NCBI GenBank assembly: GCA_963752285.1
Contig: CAVVXN010000001.1
Coordinates: 640,001-704,000 of the forward strand
Direction of reading: 5' to 3'
DNA length: 64,000 bases
Origin: an uncultured Planctomycetota bacterium
GTDB lineage: Bacteria > Planctomycetota > PLA2 > JAEUHO01
The translations under genes and the position numbers were made by a program. The notes beneath the pieces are model-generated. The model was not told where the DNA came from, did not search any database, and saw nothing but the letters and a program-made list of their open reading frames with translations. Of the stretch, positions 1 to 14,950 are shown in pieces. Position 1 is the first letter of the stretch. The number at the start of each line of letters is the position of its first letter.

Positions 1-906
1 GGGTCCCGGGTGACGCTCTACGGCGCCCTCGGTGTGTACCTCGCCCCGTTCGACGGGGACGGCGAAGGGACGTACGTGGCCGCGACGAACGCGGTCGCCG
101 TCGCGTTCGATCCCGCGGGCGCATGGCTCGTCGTCGCGTACCGCGGGTCGGCGCCGCCGCTCCCCGACGCCGCCGACCCCGATCCCTCGCCCGGGCCCGA
201 CGGCGGGCTCGCGCTCTGGCGCCTGCCCTCGGGCGCGCCGGGACGGGTTCTCGCGAAGGACACGCCCGACGGGATCGCCGTCAGCCCCGACGGAAAGCGC
301 GTCGCCGCGGTGACCGACCACCGGGGCCCCCACGTGGGCCTGTGGGTGTGGGACGTCGAGACGGGAACGGCGAGCCACGTTGAGGCCGCGCCGTCGGACG
401 CGACACGGTGCGCGTTCCTCGACGACGCGCACGTCGTGGTCGAGACCGGGAAGGGCGCCGTCTCGGTCTACGACCTGGCGGGAGAGCGCATGTTCGCGCT
501 CGACAACGCGGTGTCCGGCTCGGGGAACGCGCTGGCCGTGGACGCCAAGACGGGGCGCGTGGCCTTCGGCATGCCCGCGGCGAACGGCGGGGACCCCGAT
601 CTCGTGGTCTTCGATCCGCGCGAGGGGAAGGAGACGCTCCGCATCCCCGGGCGCGCGAGCCGCACGATCGCCTTCTCTCCGGACGGCTCGCAGATCGCGA
701 CGGAGCACGACATCACCGTCGAACGGTTCGACGCCACGACCGGCGCCCTCCGGCGGGTCCATCGCATCGTGACGGGGCCCTACGCCTGGCACCCGAGCGG
801 CCGATGGATCGTTACCCTCGCGCCCTTCCGGCCGGACGACGCCGGGGGGGCGTCCGACGCGTCGCCGCCCGGCGTGACCCTCGACGTGTTCGGCGCCGAC
901 GACTGA
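1..906 (+). CDS. WD40/beta-propeller repeat protein, 5'-partial
   Basis: Repeated AVSPDG/AFSPDG/AWHPSG and WDVETG blades; frame open back to base 1. Confidence 0.75.
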   Translation, partial: GSRVTLYGALGVYLAPFDGDGEGTYVAATNAVAVAFDPAGAWLVVAYRGSAPPLPDAADPDPSPGPDGGLALWRLPSGAPGRVLAKDTPDGIAVSPDGKRVAAVTDHRGPHVGLWVWDVETGTASHVEAAPSDATRCAFLDDAHVVVETGKGAVSVYDLAGERMFALDNAVSGSGNALAVDAKTGRVAFGMPAANGGDPDLVVFDPREGKETLRIPGRASRTIAFSPDGSQIATEHDITVERFDATTGALRRVHRIVTGPYAWHPSGRWIVTLAPFRPDDAGGASDASPPGVTLDVFGADD

Positions 907-1201
907 GCGAGACGAAACCGACGCCGCGCGCACGGTTTCCGGCCGGTCTCGGGCCCCGCGCGGAAGGCCGTTCGTGGCCCGCCCTCGGCCGGCGGCGCCG
1001 CGCCGGCGGCCCGAGCGACGGCGAACCACGGCGCCGTCCCGCCCGTTGTTCATCCCGGAGTCCACCATCGAGTCGTCCGACGCGGCTCGGCGGCGAGTCC
1101 GGGGCCCGCCGCCCGCAGGGCGGTCCCGAGAGACGCGTCGTCCGGGCGTGGGTTGGACGCACATTGCGACGGCCTTCGGGCCTGCCGGAGAGGAGCGGTC
1201 C

Positions 1202-2791
1202 ATGCCGAGGAACCAGCGAGCGCAACACCTGGACGTCTTCGCGCCGCAGGGCGACTTCAACGACCAGCTCTACGACGCCTTGAGGCAAGCACCGTGGTGG
1301 ATGATCTCCATCGCGATCCACGTGGTCGTCTTCGTGATCGCGAGCCTGCTCATGCAGCACGCGACGGAGGACCTGGCGACGCCGCAGGTCGCGATCCGCG
1401 CCTCCGATCCTCCCCCGCAGGAGGAGCTCCCGGAGGTCGATCCGCCGACGAAGCCCGTTCACGCGACCGACATCCCGACCCCCGTGCCGGTCGTGAAGAA
1501 CCAGGATCCGGACGAACACCCGCAGTCGGACGACGACCTGCCCAACCAGGAGTCGCTCGGCCAAGAGGGCCTCTCCGACGCGCCTTACCGCGGACCGGCC
1601 GACAACGGCTCGATCGGCATCGGCGGCGGCGCCGGCGGAGCGTTTCCGGGGCGCGGCGGGAGCCAGGACAAGGGAGGCGGGGGCGGCGGGGCGCCAGCGA
1701 AGGCCGTGGTCGAGAACGCGCTGAACTGGCTCGCGGCGCACCAGTCGCCGAGCGGGGCGTGGGAAGCCGGCGGCTTCGACAAGTGGTGCGACCACAAACC
1801 GGTCTCGCAGGGGCCCGACGGCCTCGGGAAGCCCGGCATGTACGACCCGGGCGTCACGGGGCTCGCGCTCTGCGCCTTCCTCGGCGCCGGCTACACGAAC
1901 CGCGGGAACCACCACTTCTCGCACGTGGTCGCGCGCGGCCTCCAGTACCTCAAGAACGTGCAGGACCCGGAGGGGTGCTTCGGCCCCCGCCAGAGCCAGC
2001 ACTTCATCTACAACCACGCGACCGCGTCGCTCGCGATGGTCGAGGCCTACGGCATGACCGAGAGCCCCATCTTCAAGCGCTCGGCGCAGAAGGCCCTCGA
2101 CTTCATCGCGCTCGCGCGAAACCCGTACTTCGCATGGCGCTACGGCGTGAAGCCCGGCGACAACGACACCTCGTGCTCCGGCTGGATGATGATGGCGCTC
2201 AAGAGCGCGAAGCTCATCGACGCCGACGCGGCCCGGCGCGGCAAGCCGGCGCCCCTCCTGATCGACGAAGATGCGTTCGACGGCGTGCGGGCCTGGGTGG
2301 ACCAGATGACCGACCAGTACGGCCGGACCGGGTACGTGCAGCGCGGCGGGCCGCCGGCGCGGCCCCTGGGCCTGATCGACAAGTTCCCGGGCGACAAGTC
2401 CGAGTCGATGACGGGCGTCGGCATGCTGGCGCGCATCTTCACCGGCGAGGACCCGCGCAAGAGCGAGGTGATCAGGAAGGGCGCCGAGATCTGCTCCAAG
2501 CTGCTCCCGACCTGGAACCCGAACGACGGCAGCATCGACATGTACTACTGGTACTACGCGACCCTCGCGATGTACCAGGTCGGCGGCGCGCAGTGGGACG
2601 CGTGGAACAAGGCGCTCAAGCCCGCGGTCATCGACAGCCAGCGCCAAGACACGGACTACTGCATGTACAAGGGCTCGTGGGACCCGATCGGCCCCTGGGG
2701 CCCGGACGGCGGCCGCGTGTACTCGACGGCGCTCCTCTCGATGTGCCTCGAGGTCTACTACCGCTACGACCGCGTCTTCGGCACGAAGTAG
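1202..2791 (+). CDS. Prenyltransferase/squalene-oxidase repeat protein with N-terminal membrane anchor
   Basis: GGAGAGGAG RBS; TM segment WWMISIAIHVVVFV; QW-like repeats (WLAAHQSPSGAW, YLKNVQDPEGCF); YYWYYATLAMYQ; GGRVYSTAL. Confidence 0.85.
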   Translation: MPRNQRAQHLDVFAPQGDFNDQLYDALRQAPWWMISIAIHVVVFVIASLLMQHATEDLATPQVAIRASDPPPQEELPEVDPPTKPVHATDIPTPVPVVKNQDPDEHPQSDDDLPNQESLGQEGLSDAPYRGPADNGSIGIGGGAGGAFPGRGGSQDKGGGGGGAPAKAVVENALNWLAAHQSPSGAWEAGGFDKWCDHKPVSQGPDGLGKPGMYDPGVTGLALCAFLGAGYTNRGNHHFSHVVARGLQYLKNVQDPEGCFGPRQSQHFIYNHATASLAMVEAYGMTESPIFKRSAQKALDFIALARNPYFAWRYGVKPGDNDTSCSGWMMMALKSAKLIDADAARRGKPAPLLIDEDAFDGVRAWVDQMTDQYGRTGYVQRGGPPARPLGLIDKFPGDKSESMTGVGMLARIFTGEDPRKSEVIRKGAEICSKLLPTWNPNDGSIDMYYWYYATLAMYQVGGAQWDAWNKALKPAVIDSQRQDTDYCMYKGSWDPIGPWGPDGGRVYSTALLSMCLEVYYRYDRVFGTK

Positions 2792-3046
2792 CCCCCTCGG
2801 CGTCGAACGACCGACCGCGCCGTCCCGGCGCGCCCGCGCGGCGCCCGGGACGGCGCCTCCGTTTCCCGGCCGCTCACGCTTCGACCCGGATCCGGCATCC
2901 CGACGGGTTCGGCGAGGCCCCGGTCGCGTCCGTTCCCGCGAGCGGGAGACGGCCCCGGCCGTCCGGCGCGATGCCGAGGATCCGGCCCGAGCCCGCGAGC
3001 GCGAACACGGGGCCCCGAGGGAGCGGGTCTCGAACGTCGGGTGGGT

Positions 3047-3595
3047 CCGCGCGGTCCAAATCCGACCGGCGGTCGGGATTGCCGGACGTCCGGCGCGGGA
3101 CCGTCTTTACACAAGGGCCCGGACGGACGGGCGCGGTGCCGGCGCGCAGATCGGTGGGGACCCGCGCGGTCCAAATCCGACCGGCGGTCGGGATTGCCGG
3201 ACGTCCGGCGCGGGACCGTCTTTACACAAGGGCCCGGACGGGCGGGCCCGGGGTCGGCGCGCGGATCGGTGGGGACCCGCGCGGTCCAAACCCGACCGGC
3301 GGTCGGGATTGCCGGACGTCCGGCGCGGGCCCGTCTTTACACAAGGGCCCGGACGGACGGGCGCGGGGCCGGCGCGCAGATCGGTGGGGACCCGCGCGGT
3401 CCAAATCCGACCGGCGGTCGGGATTGCCGGACGTCCGGCGCGGGCCCGTCTTTACACAAGGGCCCGGACGGACGGGCCCGGAGCCGGCGCGCGGATCGGT
3501 GGGGACCCGCGCGGTCCAAACCCGACCGGCGGTCGGGATTGCCGGACGTCCGGCGCGGGCCCGTCTTTACACAAGGGCCCGGACGGACGGGCCCG
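3047..3595. repeat. Tandem array of a 115-bp palindrome-rich unit, ~4.8 copies
   Basis: Units start at 3047, 3162, 3277, 3392 and 3507; nearly identical; no unique spacers. Confidence 0.95.
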
Positions 3596-3654
3596 TGGCC
3601 TCCGGGCCGCCAGCGGGTCGATCGCCGAGACGGGTGTCCCGTAGACTCCGCGTC

Positions 3655-8291
<4,637 letters not shown>

Positions 8292-8363
8292 CCCGCGCCG
8301 CTCGATCCCCGCGCGCGCCGAGGCCTTTGGTCCAAAGACGAGTGGCCTCGACCCGAACGAGGG

Positions 8364-8411
8364 TGTCGGTTCCGGTAATTCTGGCACCACCCTTTCCGGA
8401 AATTCTGCCCA
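8364..8411 (+). mobile_element. Orphan IS21-family-like terminal sequence
   Basis: Starts TGTCGG; direct repeats TTCCGGTAATTCTG (8370) and TTCCGGAAATTCTG (8394) 24 bp apart; no istAB in window. Confidence 0.45.
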
Positions 8412-8580
8412 GGGGGTAGGTGCGGGGGGGCCGGCCGACGGCCCCGCGTGACGACGCCCCCTCGTCGGGTATCACTTCCCCGGGAACGGATGGGGCCCGG
8501 GCTCCGCAGGTCGCTCGCGATTGGCGTGCGACGTCGGGCGCCTGGTCCCACCGCAGGCGGGTCCGGACGAGAGGAGCACC

Positions 8581-9171
8581 ATGCGCGTGATCACGAGCGA
8601 GTTCATCGCTCTCGACGGAGTGGTCCAGGCCCCCGGCGGTCCCGAGGAGGACACGAGCGGGGGCTTCCGTCACGGCGGCTGGTCGCGGCCGTTCTTCGAT
8701 CCCCAGGTGATGGGGCCGATCTTCGGCGAGGTCGCGGAACGAAGCGAAGCGTTGCTCCAAGGTCGGCGCACGTATCAGGTGTCGTCCCAGGCGTGGCCCG
8801 AGCGCGGGGGGGACCCCTTCGCCGACTGGATCAACCGGGCCCAGAAGTACGTCGTCTCGAACACGCTCTCGGACGCGGACCTCACCTGGCGCCCGACCAC
8901 GATCATCCGAGGCGACGACCTCATCCGGAAGGTCTCCGCCCTGCGCAGCGAGCCGGGCGGAGACATCTTCGTCTACGGCAGTCTGACGGTGGTGCGGGCG
9001 TTGCTGTCGGCCAAGTTGATCGACGAGCTGATCCTGGTGATCGAGCCGATCACCCTCGGCGGCGGCAAGACGCTCTTCCCGACCGACGGTGAGGCGCGGA
9101 CCTTCGAGCTGGTCTCGGCCCAGACGGCCGCCACCGGCGCTCAGGTCTGCCGCTACCGGCCTTCGCGCTAG
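8581..9171 (+). CDS. Dihydrofolate reductase / RibD C-terminal family protein
   Basis: EFIALDGVVQAPGG, LLQGRRTY, KYVVSNTL, IFVYGS, LIDEL, GGGKTLF. Confidence 0.92.
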   Translation: MRVITSEFIALDGVVQAPGGPEEDTSGGFRHGGWSRPFFDPQVMGPIFGEVAERSEALLQGRRTYQVSSQAWPERGGDPFADWINRAQKYVVSNTLSDADLTWRPTTIIRGDDLIRKVSALRSEPGGDIFVYGSLTVVRALLSAKLIDELILVIEPITLGGGKTLFPTDGEARTFELVSAQTAATGAQVCRYRPSR

Positions 9172-9469
9172 CCCGCGTCGTCGCCGGCCGCCGCCCGCGG
9201 CGGCGCCGCCGGCGCCGACGACCCACGCATCGCGGTCCCACGCTGGGTCCGCGCCGGAACGGCTGGCCCTCCCACCGCGGGAGAGCGCGCCGTACCTCGA
9301 CCTGCGGACACCGCCCGCACGTGCCTACCGCTGGGAGTCACGCTCCCTGCAGGCAATCCCGTTGCAGCATCGTGCGACGCGATGCAGCGCTCTGCGCCGT
9401 CGTGCGTTGCGTCGTCGCGAGCGCCAGCCTGGCATGACCTCCTGAGGTGATCATCGGTACGCAGGTCGG

Positions 9470-10324
9470 CTACGGCGCGCGCGTGAGCAGATCCGCCGCT
9501 TCGTGGCGCACGCTCTCCTCGGGATCGTGGCTCGAGAGATTCTGGACGCGCTCTCGCAGACGTGCGGTCAACTGTCCAATGTCACTCAGAGCTCGCAATC
9601 CAGCAAGGCGTGTGTACACGGACTCGCTGCCCAGCACTTCGAGCCACGCACTCTCCGCACGCAGGGCAGGCTTCCCGATGTGCGCCAAGATTCTGAGAGC
9701 GTCCATGCGGGCCTGGCCATCGGACCTCTGCGCGAGCATCGCCACAGGCTGCACCGCGGCCGATCCCATCGCGCTGAGGGCCGCTTGGGCGGTCCAATCC
9801 CGCTGTCTGCGCACTGCCCCGTCAAGGAGTCGAGTGTCAATCCCCCCTTGCGCGACAAGCCTCACCAAGACCGGGATGGCGGCTGCGCCGGCCGGACCCA
9901 ACCCCTTCAGGGCCCCGGCGGCAGCCTTCTTGGTCGCGATCCCGACGGAGTCCGACTCGAGGAGTTCGACCAGTCGGGGAACGACCGTTCGCTCCGGCTT
10001 GGCGACGAGGGAGAGCGACCTGCCGGCGGCTACACTCCGGCTGGCGTCCCCAAGGGCCTGGATCAGGAGTGGAATCGTGCGAGGGGCCCGTCGAGCGAGC
10101 TCATCGACCGCAGGTTGGCGAGCGCCATACGTGCTTGCACTCAGATTGTGGATCAGCTCCTCATCGCTGGCGTACTCCCCCTGAGGCGACCTGTCCCGCT
10201 GGACTCCTACACAGGGTGAGTCGGCACAATGGGTAGACAGCGGCGTCTTGGAGCCCACGCATGCCAGCGGGAGTAGGCAGAGGACGAGCACGAGCCGCGG
10301 ACCACTTCTCGACGCCATCGTCAT
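9470..10324 (-). CDS. HEAT-repeat putative lipoprotein
   Basis: Lipobox-like LPLAC after a hydrophobic stretch; repeats AAAGALKGLGPAGAAAIPVLVRL and AALSAMGSAAVQP. Confidence 0.7.
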   Translation of the reverse strand: MTMASRSGPRLVLVLCLLPLACVGSKTPLSTHCADSPCVGVQRDRSPQGEYASDEELIHNLSASTYGARQPAVDELARRAPRTIPLLIQALGDASRSVAAGRSLSLVAKPERTVVPRLVELLESDSVGIATKKAAAGALKGLGPAGAAAIPVLVRLVAQGGIDTRLLDGAVRRQRDWTAQAALSAMGSAAVQPVAMLAQRSDGQARMDALRILAHIGKPALRAESAWLEVLGSESVYTRLAGLRALSDIGQLTARLRERVQNLSSHDPEESVRHEAADLLTRAP

Positions 10325-10374
10325 GCCCGTAGCCTCGCTCGGTTCAGGCCCCCTTTCAACGGTCGTGGTGGCGA

Positions 10375-10669
10375 GGGTGCTCACGCGCCCCGCCTCGACA
10401 TCCTCCTCCAGGCGCTTGAGTGCGGGCCGGTCGGCCGTGGCCCCCGAGAGCCCCGCGTCGTCGTAGCGGTCGGGCAGCGCCCGCCACCCACGCGCGCGCT
10501 GGCTTAGGACGTATGCCTCCGCGGCCTCGCGTTGGGCGTCGAGCGAGGAGAACTCCTCCTTTGCGTCCGTGAAGGACTGGCGCGTGTAGAGGGCGCAGCG
10601 CAGCCCGGCCGACGGAATCTGCCTGATCCGGGTCGCCTGGACCCCTCGGCCCGGGAGGCCTCGGTCCAC
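10375..10669 (-). pseudogene. Serine recombinase N-terminal fragment
   Basis: RCALYTRQS...SLDAQRE...YDDAGLSGATADRPALKRL; breaks off before the DRLSR motif. Confidence 0.8.
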
Positions 10670-10676
10670 TTGCTGG

Positions 10677-10705
10677 TTGACAAGTCTATCACGATGAGAT
10701 AGACA
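10677..10705 (+). promoter_or_regulatory. Sigma70-type promoter with overlapping operator palindrome
   Basis: TTGACA at 10677, TAGACA 17 bp later; perfect GTCTATC-N7-GATAGAC at 10684-10704. Confidence 0.7.
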
Positions 10706-10733
10706 AGGTCCATGGGCCCGAAGGAACCCGGCC

Positions 10734-11006
10734 TTGCTCTACGAGCGATCATTCGCCATCGAGAAGCGGCTCCAGGACGTCCTGGATCTGGTGAGGACGG
10801 GCCGGTACTCCACGCCCGCAATCGCCGACAAGCTCGGCGTCTCCGTGCCCACAGTCTCTCGTGATGTGACTGCGCTCCGCGAACGTGGCCACAACATCCG
10901 CGCAGAGCGCCGCGCTGGTTCATGGCGCTTCGTGCTCAGCGGCAACGGGCCTGCGCAGCCGAGGACGCGTTCATCGACCCTTGCTCGAGAGGCAGCGACC
11001 GCATGA
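10734..11006 (+). CDS. Small winged-HTH (HTH_11/BirA-like) regulator
   Basis: STPAIADKLGVSVPTVSRDVTALRERG; AAGGA RBS with TTG start; ATGA overlap with next gene. Confidence 0.85.
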   Translation: MLYERSFAIEKRLQDVLDLVRTGRYSTPAIADKLGVSVPTVSRDVTALRERGHNIRAERRAGSWRFVLSGNGPAQPRTRSSTLAREAATA

Positions 11007-12013
11007 AGGCCGACCTGGTCAAACGCATCGTTCGTGCGATTGCCGAAGGGTCTCAGGGCGACCTGGATCGGCTTGCACAGAAGGTCGTCGAGTCGGAACG
11101 CAAGACGGGTCATCGTCATCTGGCGGACGAACTCCAGACGATTCTTGGTGATGCCAAGCGCCGCCCAAGTGTCAAGGGTGACGGCCATACGGATCCGCCA
11201 GGCAGGCTGCGAGCACTCCCGCAGAGTCGCCGTTACGGCGAACAGCTCGCCAAGCTCATTCCCCGGGAAGAGCTCGAGCACGACATGGTCCTTCCGCCGG
11301 CGACCGAAGAGCGGTTCGCGCGGATCGAGTGCGAGTTTGCGGCACGCGAACGTCTGGGAGCGTACGGCCTCAGTCCGCGCAAGACGATCTTGCTCCATGG
11401 CCCGCCGGGCTGCGGCAAGTCGCTTGGCGCCAAGCGCCTCGCATGGAAGACCGGTTTGCCTCTGTTGAAGGTCCGTTTCGACGCCCTGATCTCGTCCTTC
11501 TTCGGCGAATCGGCGTTGAACCTGCGAAGCATCTTCGTCGCTGCAAAGGATCAGCCCTCTGTGCTGCTCCTAGACGAGTGCGATTTCATCGCGCGTTCGC
11601 GTGTGGGCAGCAAAGACATCGGGGAAGCGGCACGCATCGTTAACTCGCTACTTCAGCTTATGGAGGAGTACGACGCTCCCGGACTGCTCGTGGCTACGAC
11701 CAACGTCGAATCCTCCCTTGACGAGGCCCTGTTTCGACGCTTCGACGACGTATTCCTCGTTCCGCTACCGGGCCCGGAAGAGGTCGAGCGCCTGCTGCGC
11801 ATGACACTTTCATCCGTGCCTGTCGCGGCCACCTTGAATTGGTCCGTAATGGTTGATCTGCTCGCCGGCGCTTCGGCCGCAATGGTCGTCAAGGTGGCTC
11901 GCGATGCGGCTAAGGCGGCCATCCTGAAGGGGCGCAAGATAGTAACGGAGGACTATCTTCGCGAAGCGATCGAGCAAGCTCGCCGGCACACGACCAATGG
12001 GCACGGGGCGTAG
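11003..12013 (+). CDS. AAA+ ATPase, IetA-like
   Basis: Walker A GPPGCGKS, Walker B LLLDECD, SRH TTN..LDEALFRRFD; adjacent to S8 protease. Confidence 0.9.
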   Translation: MKADLVKRIVRAIAEGSQGDLDRLAQKVVESERKTGHRHLADELQTILGDAKRRPSVKGDGHTDPPGRLRALPQSRRYGEQLAKLIPREELEHDMVLPPATEERFARIECEFAARERLGAYGLSPRKTILLHGPPGCGKSLGAKRLAWKTGLPLLKVRFDALISSFFGESALNLRSIFVAAKDQPSVLLLDECDFIARSRVGSKDIGEAARIVNSLLQLMEEYDAPGLLVATTNVESSLDEALFRRFDDVFLVPLPGPEEVERLLRMTLSSVPVAATLNWSVMVDLLAGASAAMVVKVARDAAKAAILKGRKIVTEDYLREAIEQARRHTTNGHGA

Positions 12014-12016
12014 TCC

Positions 12017-14697
12017 ATGGCACCTGGCCAGCGGTTCGAACACCTTCCGCTGCTCCTTCGGTATCGCGGGCGCGCAAGGTTGCGCGGGTTCGGCGCGCCG
12101 GCGCCGCAGACCATTGCTAACCGTGGCGCCGACCGGACCGCGCATAGCACGTCGCTCCGCACCTCCGCCCAGTCTCTGTCGGCGAACTGGCGCACCAGAG
12201 GTACACAACGCCAGGCCCAAGGCCTTCCCGTCTTGCCGGCGGGCAAGCCGATCCTGGTCGAGGTAGACCCCGGACTCGACCTGGACGTGCTGCGCGACAA
12301 GTTCGATTTCGAGATCGTGGCCGAGCAAGAAGAGGGGTTCGTCCTCGTCGCATCGGAGGACATCGACCTCACCGCGTTTACGGAAATGGTGAGTGCCTTT
12401 TCGGTGCAGGTTCACGGTTCCGCCAAGGTCGCCGAGGTCCACAAGCTCTACGACGATCCGGACCAGATTGACCGAGTTCAGCGCGTCCTCTCCGAAGGCC
12501 TGTTCAGCCTGTGGCCCAACATCCCGGACGATCGGCTGTTCGTTGTGGACATTGGCGTTGCGTGCACGGGCACAAGGGAGATTCCCAAGCCGCCGGAGCG
12601 TGGCAGGCGGGACTCCGATTCCGATTGGGCTAGGAAGCAAAGCGACTGGGCGCAGCTTCGCACTGATGCGTACGACACCTGGGATCGGCTCTGCGCTGAG
12701 CGCCAGTCGGAACTCATCACATTCGTCGGCGGCTATGGTGGTGAGATCATGCACATGGTGCATGACGACTTCCTTGCCGTTGCGATCCTCCCCGACAGTT
12801 TTTCGGTCCGCCTCAAGATCCGCGGCATCGGCCTCAAGGACCTGGTCCTCAACTATCCGTACATCTTCGAGGTCGTTGAACCTGAGGATATAGCCTTGCC
12901 TCAGTACGCCGAGGCAGGCGGCGCGGCGCCTCTTCTTGCCGCCGCACCCGTGCCGCCGCCTGATGATGCCCCCGCAGTGTGCGTGATTGACAGCGGCATC
13001 CAAGAGGGACACGTGTTACTGGCCGCGTCGATTGACGGTCCAGCATCCCGCTGCTTTCTGCCTGGTGCCTCGGCCACCGACGTGGTCGACGAGGTGCGCC
13101 CGGGAGGGCACGGAACGCGCGTGGCGGGCGCGGTGCTCTATGGCGAGACCGTGCCGGCGGGCGGCACGCCGCAGTTGCCGTTCTGGATTCAGAACGGGCG
13201 AGTGTTGAATTATCAGAATCGGATGCCCGAGGACCTCTTTCCTCCGGCAGCTATGCGCGCCGCCGTCGAGCACTTTCACCTGAACGGTCGGCGCACACGG
13301 ATATTCAATCACTCTGTCAATGCTACCGCACCCGCGCGAACCCGCTACATGTCCGCGTGGGCAGCGGAGATCGACGTGCTCTGCAACCAGCACGATATTC
13401 TTGTTATTCAGAGCGCTGGCAACCTTCCCGCGTCTGGCAACCCGCCACTCATTGGCATCAGAGAACATCTCGCCGCCGACCGTCAGTATCCACACTACCT
13501 GTGCGAGGATTCCTGCCGCGTCGCGAACCCGGCCCAGAGTCTCCAGGCCCTTACGGTCGGATCCGTCGCATATGGGATGTTTGCGAACGGAGGCTGGAAG
13601 TCGCTGGCCCAACATCCGGGCCACCCGTCCGCGTTCTCTCGCTGCGGGCTCGGTATTTGGAACGTCATCAAGCCAGAGGTGGTGGAGTATGGCGGCGATG
13701 CCGTCCGCACCGCCAACAACCCTCCCGATGTGGCGATCGGCAGTCGATGCCGGGAATCTGCCCTGAGTTCGTTCGCTCCACCATGCACCCGCCGTCGCCG
13801 GCCTTCGCCCGCGATGACGCCGGCACATCCTACGCCGCCCCTAAGGTAGCCCGCGTCGCGGCCGCTGTGCAGCAGGTGTTGCCCGACGAGCCAGCCCTGC
13901 TTTACCGAGCACTGGTTGTTCAGTCTGCTAAGTGGCCGGAGTGGGCCGAGGGCGTCCTGAATCAGCTCCGGTCGCCCGATGTCCGCCGCGATGCCCACGG
14001 CCGCCAAGGGCTGTTGGACGAGGCAGGCGCAATCATCCGTTGGATCGGCTTCGGTATCCCGGATGTCGCGCGCGCAACAACGAACACAGACCACCGTACC
14101 ACGCTCATCACGAGCGGGCTCGCGCAGATTCACGCGCGCGAGTGCCACATCTACCAGATCCCGATTCCGCCTGAACTCCGAGCTGCGGGCGACGAGTACG
14201 ACATTCGAATCGACGTGACGCTCTCCTACGCCGCTCAGCCTCGGCGGACGCGCCGGAACCTTCGCCGTTACCTGTCAACGTGGGTTGATTGGAAGAGCAG
14301 CAAGCTCGGCGAGACAATCGACAGCTTCCGCGTTCGGTGTCTTCGCGAAGACAGTGTGCCCGACGTTGCGCCCGACGGCAGCGTGCTCCCCTGGACGCTC
14401 CACGAGAAGGACCGCGACGGTTTGGTGCGCACTGCGCGTCGCAACAGTGGCACGGTGCAGAAGGACTGGGCGGTCGTGAAGTCCAACGCTTTGCCGGAGA
14501 GTTTCTGCATCGCCGTGGTCGGGCATGAGGGGTGGAGCCGTGACCCGGACGCCACGGCTCAGTACTGCCTCGCAGTGACACTTGAGATTCAAGGCCAGGA
14601 GATCCCCATCTACGACCCACTCCGGGTGGCCCTGATAGCCTTGGAGGCAGAGATCGGCGAGGTCGAAGTCGAAGCAACCATTGAGATTGAAGACTGA
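12017..14697 (+). pseudogene. S8 subtilisin-like protease, IetS-like, split by a frameshift near 13745
   Basis: VIDSG, HGTRVAG and SAGN in frame 12017; catalytic GTSYAAP only in frame 13357. Confidence 0.85.
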
Positions 14698-14799
14698 ACC
14701 GTCACGGGAGAGCGAAGAGCGCGCAAGGGCAGTATGGGAGGGCGTAGCAGGGCTGGCTGACCTGCTCCAGCTGGGGCAGCGCCGACGAGGTGCTCCAGC

Positions 14800-14891
14800 G
14801 GCCCTGCGAGTGGTATGAGGAGTATTTCGTCACCCTGCGGATATCCTCCGACTACGAGGTCAGCCTCCATCTGATCGCGGAGCTGTCCCAT
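14800..14891 (-). pseudogene. Tyrosine-recombinase N-terminal (SAM-like) remnant
   Basis: MGQLRDQMEADLVVGGY after a GAGGAGG RBS, then degenerates. Confidence 0.5.
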
Positions 14892-14950
14892 GGCGTCCTC
14901 CTCTGGGTTGTGGGTGACGGTGGTGCGTCAGCCCAATGGTCCGGAGGAGG

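Noticed and set aside
3047..3595. CRISPR array
   Set aside because: Units are near-identical along their whole length, with no unique spacers and no cas genes in the window
8382..8397. Sigma54 promoter TGGCAC-N5-TTTC upstream of the DHFR-like gene
   Set aside because: Lacks the conserved -13 G and lies within the IS21-like end repeats
13730..13760. Programmed ribosomal frameshift in the S8 gene
   Set aside because: No slippery sequence visible; mutation or sequencing error is more parsimonious
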